Part shown: positions 53,401 to 62,209 of the stretch, piece by piece
How positions within the stretch are numbered: position 1 is the stretch's first letter
Layout of the letters: every line of letters begins with the position of its first letter
From: an uncultured Candidatus Saccharibacteria bacterium
GTDB lineage: Bacteria; Patescibacteriota; Minisyncoccia; Phycocordibacterales; GCA-2401445
DNA length: 64,000 nt
Assembly (NCBI GenBank): GCA_964436015.1
Contig: CAYTAR010000002.1
Location: forward strand, 9,521-73,520
Direction: 5' to 3'
The notes under the pieces: generated by a model
The model's database searches: none
Told to the model about the DNA's origin: nothing
Seen by the model: only the letters and a program-made list of their open reading frames with translations
Made by a program: the position numbers and the translations under genes

Positions 53401-56400
53401 GTCAGCTACAGGAGGAGTTGAGGATACGCCGGTGACTGATTTGAGAAAAAACACACCAATACGTCTAAGGTTGCAGGTCGCTAATAGCGGAGGAGTGGGG
53501 GCATCTTCCTTGGCACTTCGTCTTGAGTATGGGGTGAAGGTGAGTTCGTGTAGCGCGGTTTCTGTATGGCAAGATGTCGGTGCCACTGAGGGGGATTGGG
53601 ACATGTATGATTCAACATTTCTTACTGATGGAGACAATACTACGGATATCGTACTTGGTATTGGTGGGGTGAGTAATGAGGGGGTAGATTTTCTTGATGT
53701 GAATGGTGGGGTAAAGGATACTTCCTCTCAAACTGCTCCATTTACGTTGGCTCCAAATGAGTATGTAGAACTTGAGTATTCAGTGTTCGCAACTGCTAGT
53801 TCAACAGCAGAGGGTGAATACTGTTTTCGGGTAACGAACCAAGGCACTCCACTTAATGTGTATTCAGTGTATGCAGAAGTAAGTATTGCTCCAAATCAAG
53901 ATTTTTTCATACAACGCGGTTTTGAGATTGTGAGTGGTACCAGTACTATTTTATACGCGGGAATAGATTACACTCCGCCACGGTTGGGTGGTCGTGCGTT
54001 TGTACGTATCACTAATACGCATCACACAGGCGCAGGGGACGATGATGGGGGAGGAACTCAGAATGCTGATGATGTAACCGCGTACATACTGAATCCTCAG
54101 GATATCGCTACCAGTATTACCATTGCGCGACCAGCGGCAGCGACAATAAATACTGGAGTAGCGTGGGAAATAGTTGAGTATCAAGGCTACCCAGGTGGAG
54201 GTAATGAAATGGTCGTACGCGAACAGGGAAATATATCCATGACAGGTTTATTTGCTACCACATCACCAATAAGTGGGGTGAGTAGCGACAGTGATGTAGT
54301 CGTGTTTATTACTGGAGCAATGACTCCTGATACTGGTACCGCTGATTACAATATGATGCAGGCAGTATCATCGTGGGATGTTCAAAGTCAGAGTGCGGTG
54401 TTTGAGCGAGGTGAGTCAGGAGACACTATCACTCTCAGTTATGCGGTGGTTGAATTTACTGGAAGACATTGGCGTGTGCAACGAGTTGCGCATAATTACT
54501 CGTCTGCTGTTGGCGCAGAGACGGAGACAATACCCTCTTCACTTAACAGTGTTTCTCGTGCATTTTTGCATACTCAGAAACTTGCTGGTGTGGGTGAGCA
54601 GGGCCTGGACGAATTTGGGCATACGGTTTGGATTTCTGGGGTTAATGAAATTTCATTTCAATTACAAAGCGGTGTAACCACACCAACCGCACACCGCTCG
54701 GTTGCATGGGTGATTGAGAATACGCAAGTTAATGGAACTCCAATGAATGTAATACAGTCAAGCGGTACTCAAAGTGGAGGAGCGGAGCCCAGCGTTGCAT
54801 CAATTGATATTGGCACTACGGTGGTTAGTATGGATACAACTTCTGTATTTACTAATTCTCGAGTGAATGGCACAAATACTGCATTCCCAAGACCGATACT
54901 CGCCGTGTATTTAATTTCCCGTACACAGTATCAATTTTGGATTAGTGATACAGGTGGGACGGTAACCTATCAAACTGAGGTGGTTGAGTGGCCAACTGCG
55001 CCAAGAAAGATAACCCAAAACTATTACCGAATATACGTGAATCAAGACACACTACTTCCGTCTGATGTGTGGCCGCAAGGAGCATCATCAATCGGGGAAA
55101 ATACAGTACTTTCACTCAATGATGTGCCTATTGATAGTGGAGATGTTATTCGTATACGTATGTCGGTGTTGGTTGAACAGGGGAATTTACCGGTGAACTA
55201 TCAATCATTTCGTTTGCAGTTTGGTGAACGCGAAACAACATGTTCCGCGGTAAGTGTGTGGCGCGATGTAGGACAAGTGGGAAGCACAACTGCATTATGG
55301 CGCGGATACAATAACGGCAGCGTCACAGATGGGGCAACGCTCTCAAGCGATCCTCCAAATGGAGGAGATTTGGTACTATCAGTTTCTGATAGAGCTGGTA
55401 CGTATGAGGAGTCAAATAATTCCGCGGTGAATCCATTTCCGGTATTCGCGGGAGAAGATGTTGAGTATGATTGGGTTGTTGAAAATAATGGAGCTTTGGA
55501 ATTGACACCGTACTGTTTCCGTATGGTTGAAGCAAATGGTTTGATGCTTGATGACTACGCTTACCACCCAACAGTATTTACCGCTGGGTATGAGGCGGTG
55601 AGCGAAGACTGGCGTTGGTTTGATGATGCTGAAAATGAGACTCCTCTATCAGCTCTTTCTCCAGAAAATTCTGCACCTATTGGAGTAGACTATGATACTA
55701 CCGTACAGTTGAGAGTGTTACTACATGAAATTGCAGGAAAAACTGGACCTCAATTAAAACTCCGTCTTCAGTTTGATGAGTCGGCAAGTTTTACCAATCC
55801 GCAGTTCGTCTCGAATGCGCTTGATTGTGCAGAAGGACTATCTCTCTGGTGTTATGCAGACGGTGGAGGAGTTGATAATGCAACCATAACGACCGCAGTT
55901 TTGACCAATGCAGATTCGTGCGTATCTGAAGTTGGTGATGGATGCGGAACGCACAATGAGCTTGCTACAACGAGTAGTTTATTTACTCATCAACCCAATG
56001 CAAACACAGAGTTTGCGTTTACCATTCGACATGTAGGAGCGCGTGCGAATACAGTCTATTTCTTCAGGATATATGATGTAACCAATGATAGATATGTGAG
56101 TGCAAGCACTACAAAAACGTACCCAAGCTTAGTTACTGAGGGCGCTGGACTTACGTTTACATTAAGTGGTGTTTCTTCGGGTGTAATAACTGAAGGTATC
56201 ACCACTGATAATGCAACAACTCCATACCATATTTCATTTGGCACGCTTCCTTTAAATACGGAGGTTGAAGTGGCGCAACGCCTCACCGTCACCACTAACG
56301 CAACCGAAGGATACCAAGTATTTATGTTTGCAAGGCAAGGATTGTTGTATGATACGGAAGAAATTACTCCAATTACTTCACTTAACTCAAACCCTTTGGG

Positions 56401-56665
56401 GTGGTCTCTTGGGTGCGATACTGGTTCTGTAACTGGTTGTTTCGGATATCATACAGGAGACGATACTCTTGCAGGTGGGTCGGTTAGATTTTCAGCAGAC
56501 GATACGTACGCTCGTTTGACTACGTCACCCCAGGAGATTATTTACAGCTCGCGTCCGGTTATAAACGAATCAACTGACGTGATCTTTAAAACGTGGGTAA
56601 ATGCAGATCAGCCTGGAGGGCTTTATGAGAGTAGTGTGGTGTATATTATTGTCCCTGTATTTTAA
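50444..56665 (+). CDS. giant surface protein (2073 aa): BNR/sialidase-like N-domain, five ~180-aa repeat modules, WxL-like C-terminal domain
   Basis: N-terminal TM/signal helix VAVFIVFTFLF. BNR-like STTDAGATWS and YSTDGMVSWS. Five modules each end in YCFR/YFFR. The last 170 aa are homologous to the C-terminal half of the 59565 and 60943 proteins. Confidence 0.85.
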   Translation: MTLRALRRIWVNKKKWGARTVAVFIVFTFLFSDISQFIRIPWGTIFRAEAAPVLIEDTLTIVDDSMLNTSPTTVFISDTVGYTFFVDNGNACRYASTTDAGATWSLAYTVDSVNTTDCFRVAVWYDQWTPGDDTGTVIHIATLDTGDDDIFYTSLNTVTNQLSTTVIATNQAGTFAAGTNYHSITKGGDGNLYMAANDASDSWIVRCTGTCTSAGNWSEIANPYELQNDWPLLVPLLNGNIMTIRMDLSGNDYDYNIWNGSIWSGWTTILTTAGENATFDAHFGATIDKRTGDVYFVGVTDNATLGTDDDIRTAYYNHHNGTWSVMGNVLTNDTKGIRDAKIFFDQNSGDVYVTYSALTTPNSATTGNVYYKYSTDGMVSWSSEVQVNTVSGNLFGAGHNNLMSTERAYVTWKNISGDDLFGETVVNLSPPALEQYSYRWYESATSTAPGAPLANANTTATSTERGTPFRLRIALDIDDSKIASSSLSFKLQYAERSGICDISFTGETYTDVLTSSGAVRFYDNTGVASGVQATVSANEPIPSEGSFSYQSYIEGGTFTNTYGSIATSSDGLWDFSLIDISSPEETRYCFRVVYADGSTLESYSVIPELITPSRPPIVTQAHFHFRNDNGGEDDATSATGGVEDTNLFGVFPTTTIRMRIGVENRGLSTSSPIQYRLEYAEKGASCEVSTGWTDVGSSGGAFNMNPIANLTEGGDTTDIAIALGGVSTNESYFVSPNGGVRDTNSQTSAITLGPDEYTDLEYSITATGDSNEGTTYCFRITDAGSVIDSYSVYPQITMAASVEVSTIGSQVTSVNAGTNNFYVGGAFVITDGIGGHSVTSITIAEQGTVDAGSNIENIRLYYDLDTTFPYDCSSESYGGGELQYGATSTSFSSADGTATFNGSVGIDTDQSLCLYVVLDIASGASDGETLEIEIPNASTDVVVSDNPSISPTTFVRLADTTTINSSVLDMTHFHFRNNDGGEGDATSATGGVEDTPVTDLRKNTPIRLRLQVANSGGVGASSLALRLEYGVKVSSCSAVSVWQDVGATEGDWDMYDSTFLTDGDNTTDIVLGIGGVSNEGVDFLDVNGGVKDTSSQTAPFTLAPNEYVELEYSVFATASSTAEGEYCFRVTNQGTPLNVYSVYAEVSIAPNQDFFIQRGFEIVSGTSTILYAGIDYTPPRLGGRAFVRITNTHHTGAGDDDGGGTQNADDVTAYILNPQDIATSITIARPAAATINTGVAWEIVEYQGYPGGGNEMVVREQGNISMTGLFATTSPISGVSSDSDVVVFITGAMTPDTGTADYNMMQAVSSWDVQSQSAVFERGESGDTITLSYAVVEFTGRHWRVQRVAHNYSSAVGAETETIPSSLNSVSRAFLHTQKLAGVGEQGLDEFGHTVWISGVNEISFQLQSGVTTPTAHRSVAWVIENTQVNGTPMNVIQSSGTQSGGAEPSVASIDIGTTVVSMDTTSVFTNSRVNGTNTAFPRPILAVYLISRTQYQFWISDTGGTVTYQTEVVEWPTAPRKITQNYYRIYVNQDTLLPSDVWPQGASSIGENTVLSLNDVPIDSGDVIRIRMSVLVEQGNLPVNYQSFRLQFGERETTCSAVSVWRDVGQVGSTTALWRGYNNGSVTDGATLSSDPPNGGDLVLSVSDRAGTYEESNNSAVNPFPVFAGEDVEYDWVVENNGALELTPYCFRMVEANGLMLDDYAYHPTVFTAGYEAVSEDWRWFDDAENETPLSALSPENSAPIGVDYDTTVQLRVLLHEIAGKTGPQLKLRLQFDESASFTNPQFVSNALDCAEGLSLWCYADGGGVDNATITTAVLTNADSCVSEVGDGCGTHNELATTSSLFTHQPNANTEFAFTIRHVGARANTVYFFRIYDVTNDRYVSASTTKTYPSLVTEGAGLTFTLSGVSSGVITEGITTDNATTPYHISFGTLPLNTEVEVAQRLTVTTNATEGYQVFMFARQGLLYDTEEITPITSLNSNPLGWSLGCDTGSVTGCFGYHTGDDTLAGGSVRFSADDTYARLTTSPQEIIYSSRPVINESTDVIFKTWVNADQPGGLYESSVVYIIVPVF

Positions 56666-56673
56666 TACTATAT

Positions 56674-57690
56674 ATGTCTATTTGGTATACTAGAGGTATG
56701 AGATTATTTGTTCTAGGATTCATATGTTTTGTGAGTGCATTTTTTATTACGCCAGAAATTGCATTTGCAAAGTACATACAAGTATCACCTATTGTAATAA
56801 ATAAAGATTTGCAAGCTCGTGATATTATCCGTGAACAAGTGGTACTGAAGAACACCTCTCCTGCAAAGTTAAATGTGTATACATTTGTTAACAATGTTAC
56901 TTCTGGAACGGAGGGGGGTATTGAGGCATTTCTTGATTATCAACAATCAGAAAAACAAAAGTCGTTGGCAAACTGGATTGAGATTTCACGCGGAGTGATT
57001 GAATTGATGCCAGGAGAAGAAAAAGAAATTGAATTTATTATTAAAGTGCACCATGAGGCTACTCCAGGCGATTATCATGCATTGATTTCTTTCGGAACTG
57101 GAACCAATAGAGATGAGGCTGAACAGCGCCTTACACGAGAGTCATCGGTGATGGTTGTTGGGTCAGTAGTGAAAAATACAAGAGAGCTCCTTCAGGTGAA
57201 AAAATTTACCGCGGGGAATTTATTTTTTTCAGGAACTGATGCGGAGTTCACATACACCCTTCAGAATAATGGTGATGAGGTAATTATCCCTGATGGAGAA
57301 ATCTTGCTTTATGATAGGCGTGGAATTGAGATTGGTGCAATGCGCGTTAACGGACAGGGAGAGAGTATCTTGCCAGGGGAAGAAAAGGAGTTTGTTTCAA
57401 CATGGAGCGGTGAATATAGTCTCGGTCGGCACAAGGCGTACTTGAGTGCAGTGTATGGTGCACAGAAGAAAAACTTGACTGATACCACCTACTTTTTTAT
57501 GTTGCCATGGAAGCAGTTATTACTGTTGTTTACTGTACTTATGTTCTTTACGGTGTATGTTATGCATGTGATTCACGATAAATTTTTTCAAAAGAGAAAA
57601 AAACAGGTTCAATTCAACCGTGTATCTCGTCCAGTAACGCCTCCGGTCCCAGGGGTTGGTGTGATTAATCTCAAACAATATGAGGATTAA
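56674..57690 (+). CDS. CscA-like surface protein (DUF916/DUF3324-like Ig domains + C-terminal TM anchor)
   Basis: Signal peptide. YIQVSPIVINKDLQARDIIREQVVLKNTS..WIEISRGVIELMPGEEKEIEFIIKVHHEATPGDYHALISF. A second Ig-like domain. C-terminal TM helix LLLLFTVLMFFTVYVMHVI followed by a KR-rich tail. Confidence 0.6.
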   Translation: MSIWYTRGMRLFVLGFICFVSAFFITPEIAFAKYIQVSPIVINKDLQARDIIREQVVLKNTSPAKLNVYTFVNNVTSGTEGGIEAFLDYQQSEKQKSLANWIEISRGVIELMPGEEKEIEFIIKVHHEATPGDYHALISFGTGTNRDEAEQRLTRESSVMVVGSVVKNTRELLQVKKFTAGNLFFSGTDAEFTYTLQNNGDEVIIPDGEILLYDRRGIEIGAMRVNGQGESILPGEEKEFVSTWSGEYSLGRHKAYLSAVYGAQKKNLTDTTYFFMLPWKQLLLLFTVLMFFTVYVMHVIHDKFFQKRKKQVQFNRVSRPVTPPVPGVGVINLKQYED

Positions 57691-59365
57691 GTCGGCACAC
57701 AACAGTTGGTTTATAAGGGTAGGAATTGTATTAGTTTTAGTGTGTAGTATTGGATTTTTTTCTTCTTACACGCACGCCCAGGCACCCGCGTCGCTCTCAT
57801 TAAGTGTCACCCCTCCTTTGTTCCAACTCACTACTGCTCCAGGAGAGTATTGGGCGAGCAGTATAAAAGTCATCAATGCCAATTCATATCCATTAACCAT
57901 TGTTGCTGAAGTGGTTAGGTTTGATGCGAGTGGGGAAAGTGGTAATGCTAAATTTTTACCTGTACTTGGCACAGAAGGTGAAGGTAGCACACTTGCGGAT
58001 TGGATTACTCTAGAAGAAATTGAGTTAACTATTCCACCTGAGCAAAGTGCGGTAGTTCCATTTTCAGTACGTATACCACAGGACGCTCCTCCAGGAGGGC
58101 ACTATGCGGCGATACTCATTGGGAATAAATCTGTAAAAGAAGCGGGAGCAGGTCCGCAAGTCGGAGTGTCATCTTTTGTCTCCTCTTTGTTATTTGTTCG
58201 TATTGCGGGTGATGTTGTTGAAACAGGTTCTATTAGAGAATTTTCAGCAGATTCTCTTTTTTATCAAAAGCCAGAAACTTCTTTTTCATTACGGTTTGAA
58301 AATACAGGGAATGTTCACTTGTTGCCACAAGGTGAAATCACCATTTACAACATGTGGGGAAAGGAGAGAGGAGTAATTCCGATAAATCAAAAAACAGATT
58401 TTGGAAACGTACTTCCTCGGTCCATACGAAAATTTGATTTTACTTGGGCGGGGGAGCAAAATCCTCTTGAAGTAGGAAGGTTTTCAGCTGTAGCGATTCT
58501 TACCTATGGGCAGGAGGAAAGAAAAAGTGTGTATGCAAATACGTACTTTTGGGTGATACCCGTGATACCGGTGCTGATTGTCCTCGCTTCAATTTTTGGA
58601 ATTATTGTTTTTGTATCATGGATGGTTAAGTTGTATATCAGACGCGCTCTTGAGCTCCGAGGTATATACATGAATCCTGATGATTTTTTGTCTCCACATA
58701 TGAACACGTCAAAGGTGGATATGAAGATGCTGGTAAACCCTGTTGTGGAAGGAGTTATGGATTTACGTTCAGCTACTTTTCGTGATTCTCTTAGACATAA
58801 GAAAGATATTGTAGAGCCTGCCTCTATGACATATAAAGATTTCTTTAAGAAGTACAAGCGTTTCTTTGTGAGTGTGGCAGGACTCACAATGGTTGTGTTT
58901 ATTTTTATGTTTTTCTTTACTCACGTTCTCGTTCCCGAGCGTGCATTTGATATTACCTTGAATAAGGAAGATGGTGAGGTATCTATTAGTTCGGAGGAGC
59001 TCATTAAGGATAAGCTAGATGAGCAGAATAATTATTTTAATTCAAGTCAAGAAGAGGTTTCTTCTAATATTGCTTCTGGCGAGGTTCAAAGGATTACTAT
59101 TGAATTATTAAATAACACGGGAATTCCAGGCAGGGGTGCTGAGATTGCAGTACTACTTGAACAGAATGGATACAGGATTCAGAAGGTCGGTAATAGTAAT
59201 GAAGAAATGGAAGAAAATCGGGTGTACGGTAATTTTACTGATCCACTTATTGTAGAAGTCATTCAAGATGTTGAAAATATTACCGATAAAGTTTTTACGC
59301 AGATTGATTCAGGGTACACTCAAGGTCAAGCAACAAACACTCTTGTTTTTATTATTTCAAAGTAG
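57680..59365 (+). CDS. CscA-like surface protein with TM anchor and a C-terminal LytR_C-like domain
   Basis: SLSVTPPLFQLTTAPGEYWASSIKVINAN..WITLEEIELTIPPEQSAVVPFSVRIPQDAPPGGHYAAILIG. TM helix VIPVLIVLASIFGIIVFVSWMV. C-terminal RITIELLNNTGIPGRGAEIAVLLEQNGYRIQKVGN. Confidence 0.6.
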   Translation: MRIKSAHNSWFIRVGIVLVLVCSIGFFSSYTHAQAPASLSLSVTPPLFQLTTAPGEYWASSIKVINANSYPLTIVAEVVRFDASGESGNAKFLPVLGTEGEGSTLADWITLEEIELTIPPEQSAVVPFSVRIPQDAPPGGHYAAILIGNKSVKEAGAGPQVGVSSFVSSLLFVRIAGDVVETGSIREFSADSLFYQKPETSFSLRFENTGNVHLLPQGEITIYNMWGKERGVIPINQKTDFGNVLPRSIRKFDFTWAGEQNPLEVGRFSAVAILTYGQEERKSVYANTYFWVIPVIPVLIVLASIFGIIVFVSWMVKLYIRRALELRGIYMNPDDFLSPHMNTSKVDMKMLVNPVVEGVMDLRSATFRDSLRHKKDIVEPASMTYKDFFKKYKRFFVSVAGLTMVVFIFMFFFTHVLVPERAFDITLNKEDGEVSISSEELIKDKLDEQNNYFNSSQEEVSSNIASGEVQRITIELLNNTGIPGRGAEIAVLLEQNGYRIQKVGNSNEEMEENRVYGNFTDPLIVEVIQDVENITDKVFTQIDSGYTQGQATNTLVFIISK

Positions 59366-59564
59366 GCTATCCACAAATAGTAGGGAGGGCATTTTAAAAT
59401 ATCAACTATAATTACAGTAAGGACCATGTCCTTTTCACCGCTTGGTGAATCGTGCCAGGATGTGTGTCCTATGACGTCGTAGGATAGAGAGGAATTTTTC
59501 CTCGGTATCTTATATTATCAGTAGGTAGTAGTGCCACCTACCGCTAGTTCTTAGAAAGCATTAT

Positions 59565-60704
59565 ATGAATAGCACATACGTATTTGAGCACATCAAGACC
59601 CATAAGTATCTAGCACTCATTGTGTTAGCGGGACTCTTAATGTGGTCAGTCGGCTTGCCTGCGTGGGCACCCATGGCGCAAGCAGCAGCACTCACCAACT
59701 TCAGTGATACACTCACTGATTCGGACGTGAGTGCACCATCTAATCACACGATTGCCTATACGACACCAAACGGTGTCTCGGCAGGAGAGACGATTGTGAT
59801 TACGTTTCCTGCAGGGTTTAACTTAAGTGATTTGTCGTTTAACGACATTGACTTATATGCAGGATCGGAACGAACACTTGGGTCTTCACCTTCAGGTGCA
59901 ACGTGGGGGGTTGCGACAACGTCAACCACTATTACGTTCACTTCAGGAACAGACACTATTGCGTCAAGTACTGCAGTCGTGATTGAGATAGGTACACATG
60001 CAACAGCTGGTGCAACGGGGGATACACAGATTATTAATCCAGGGTCACCTGGCACGCAAATTATCAACGTGTCATCGGGATCAGGAATTGATTCTGCGGA
60101 TACCCGCGTCTACATCATTGATGATGTTGTGGTCACTGCTTCAGTTAACACCACCTTCCTCTTCTCCATCACTGGAGTAGCGAGTGGTGCATCAGTTAAC
60201 GGAAGTCCAACAACCACTGCAGATACAACCACATCAACATCGCTTCCGTTCGGAACACTTAACGCGCTTCAGTCAAAAACTCTTGCGCAAGATCTTTCAG
60301 TAACCACTAACGCAGCAAACGGCTTCGTAGTAACAGTACAGCAAGATCAAAATCTTCGTTCCGCAACGAATGCAGATATTGATGGGTTCATTGATGGGGC
60401 GTATACAAACACTCCAGCTGCATGGGTACAACCATCAGGGTCCCTTGGACAAGAGTGGACATACGGTCACTGGGGTTTAACATCAGAAGATGCTGATTTA
60501 AACACTGATGAATTCGGATCCGATTTGTGGGTTGCAGCGTCAACTACACCTCGGCAAGTCTTCTCACACAATGCACCGTCAAATGGTACAACACCAAACA
60601 GTGGTTCTACCCGAGTCGGTTTCCAGATTGAAATTACTTCACTTCAGGAAGCTGGTACGGACTACACGAACACACTGACGTACATTGCAACGCCGACGTT
60701 CTAG
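59565..60704 (+). CDS. secreted protein with a variable N-domain and a WxL-like C-terminal domain
   Basis: Signal peptide ending AQA. AALTNFSDTLTDSDV. The C-terminal half FLFSITGVASG..FGTL..LSVTTNAANGFVVTV..AGTDYTNTLTYIATPTF parallels the WxL-domain layout. Confidence 0.6.
   Translation: MNSTYVFEHIKTHKYLALIVLAGLLMWSVGLPAWAPMAQAAALTNFSDTLTDSDVSAPSNHTIAYTTPNGVSAGETIVITFPAGFNLSDLSFNDIDLYAGSERTLGSSPSGATWGVATTSTTITFTSGTDTIASSTAVVIEIGTHATAGATGDTQIINPGSPGTQIINVSSGSGIDSADTRVYIIDDVVVTASVNTTFLFSITGVASGASVNGSPTTTADTTTSTSLPFGTLNALQSKTLAQDLSVTTNAANGFVVTVQQDQNLRSATNADIDGFIDGAYTNTPAAWVQPSGSLGQEWTYGHWGLTSEDADLNTDEFGSDLWVAASTTPRQVFSHNAPSNGTTPNSGSTRVGFQIEITSLQEAGTDYTNTLTYIATPTF
60101..60704 (+). repeat. 604-bp exact direct repeat, copy 1 (copy 2 is 61491-62094)
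   Basis: A line-by-line comparison of both copies found no mismatch. Identity starts at TACCCGCGTCTACATC and ends at the TAG stop. Confidence 0.9.
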
Positions 60705-60721
60705 ACGTACTTAGAGCACGC

Positions 60722-60750
60722 AAAAATCCGCTGTAAAGCGGATTTTTGTT
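60722..60750 (+). terminator. intrinsic terminator
   Basis: AAAAATCCGC-TGTAAA-GCGGATTTTT. Confidence 0.75.
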
Positions 60751-60942
60751 TGTCTGAGACAGTGTGTCCTTGAAGTTAAGGTTGTCTTTTATGTTCGTTA
60801 TCCACAACCAGAAAAGAATTTTTGATAAAAGTCAATTATACTGTACATATTACTGGCGTGTGTCTTTTACACATAAGGTGAGTGGTTGTGAGACTGAGGG
60901 TCATCAGTAGCACATAGATTATCAAGTATATAGTTTATTAGT

Positions 60943-62094
60943 ATGAGTACATATTTTATTTTACACCATATGCGAGGAGGCAAGGCGGTAGGAGCAGTGC
61001 TCCTAATCGCGCTTCTTGCGTGGTCAGTCGGTGCGCCGGCATGGATGAATGTTGCACAAGCAGCAGCACTCACCAACTTCAGTGATACACTCACTGATTC
61101 TGATGTGGGGGCGTTAAGTAACCACACAATTGCGTTCACTACTCCAAATGGGGTTGATGCAGGACAGACTATTACTGTTACCTTCCCAGGAGGTTTTGGT
61201 CTTGGGTCTATAACTGAGGATGATGTTGACATTGATAGTGCAGGAACTCCGCTCACTACTGCAGCGGATTGTTCGGGAAGTGAGGAGGCTGGGGTTGGTA
61301 TTTCAGGACAAATTATTACGATTGATATTTGCTCCGGAGATGGAGGGGACATTGCGTCTTCTACTGCGGTGGTAATTAGAATTGGAACGAATGCGGTTGA
61401 TAGTGGAACAGGAACAAACCAAATTACAAACCACGCAACTCCAGGTACATATATTATTGCAGTTGGAGGGACAATGCAGGATTCAGGTTCTACCCGCGTC
61501 TACATCATTGATGATGTTGTGGTCACTGCTTCAGTTAACACCACCTTCCTCTTCTCCATCACTGGAGTAGCGAGTGGTGCATCAGTTAACGGAAGTCCAA
61601 CAACCACTGCAGATACAACCACATCAACATCGCTTCCGTTCGGAACACTTAACGCGCTTCAGTCAAAAACTCTTGCGCAAGATCTTTCAGTAACCACTAA
61701 CGCAGCAAACGGCTTCGTAGTAACAGTACAGCAAGATCAAAATCTTCGTTCCGCAACGAATGCAGATATTGATGGGTTCATTGATGGGGCGTATACAAAC
61801 ACTCCAGCTGCATGGGTACAACCATCAGGGTCCCTTGGACAAGAGTGGACATACGGTCACTGGGGTTTAACATCAGAAGATGCTGATTTAAACACTGATG
61901 AATTCGGATCCGATTTGTGGGTTGCAGCGTCAACTACACCTCGGCAAGTCTTCTCACACAATGCACCGTCAAATGGTACAACACCAAACAGTGGTTCTAC
62001 CCGAGTCGGTTTCCAGATTGAAATTACTTCACTTCAGGAAGCTGGTACGGACTACACGAACACACTGACGTACATTGCAACGCCGACGTTCTAG
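60943..62094 (+). CDS. secreted protein, a paralog of 59565 with a different N-domain and an identical WxL-like C-terminal domain
   Basis: Shares AAALTNFSDTLTDSDV after the signal peptide. The last 604 nt are identical to 60101-60704. Confidence 0.6.
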   Translation: MSTYFILHHMRGGKAVGAVLLIALLAWSVGAPAWMNVAQAAALTNFSDTLTDSDVGALSNHTIAFTTPNGVDAGQTITVTFPGGFGLGSITEDDVDIDSAGTPLTTAADCSGSEEAGVGISGQIITIDICSGDGGDIASSTAVVIRIGTNAVDSGTGTNQITNHATPGTYIIAVGGTMQDSGSTRVYIIDDVVVTASVNTTFLFSITGVASGASVNGSPTTTADTTTSTSLPFGTLNALQSKTLAQDLSVTTNAANGFVVTVQQDQNLRSATNADIDGFIDGAYTNTPAAWVQPSGSLGQEWTYGHWGLTSEDADLNTDEFGSDLWVAASTTPRQVFSHNAPSNGTTPNSGSTRVGFQIEITSLQEAGTDYTNTLTYIATPTF

Positions 62095-62119
62095 TGCGCT
62101 TATATACAAAACTATATAC

Positions 62120-62155
62120 AAGAATTACACCCGCGAATGCGGGTGTAATTCTTTT
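62120..62155 (+). terminator. intrinsic terminator
   Basis: AAGAATTACACCCGC-GAAT-GCGGGTGTAATTCTT followed by TT. Confidence 0.75.
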
Positions 62156-62209
62156 GCGAGGACTGAAGAGAGTGGTATTATTGATGTGTTACTAACCAAT
62201 ACTACGTTC

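Noticed and set aside
60101-62094. The idea that the duplicated 3' halves are a diversity-generating retroelement TR/VR pair
   Set aside because: The copies are 100 percent identical, with no adenine-specific differences. No reverse transcriptase or accessory gene is nearby. The variable part is the N-terminal domain, not the repeat.
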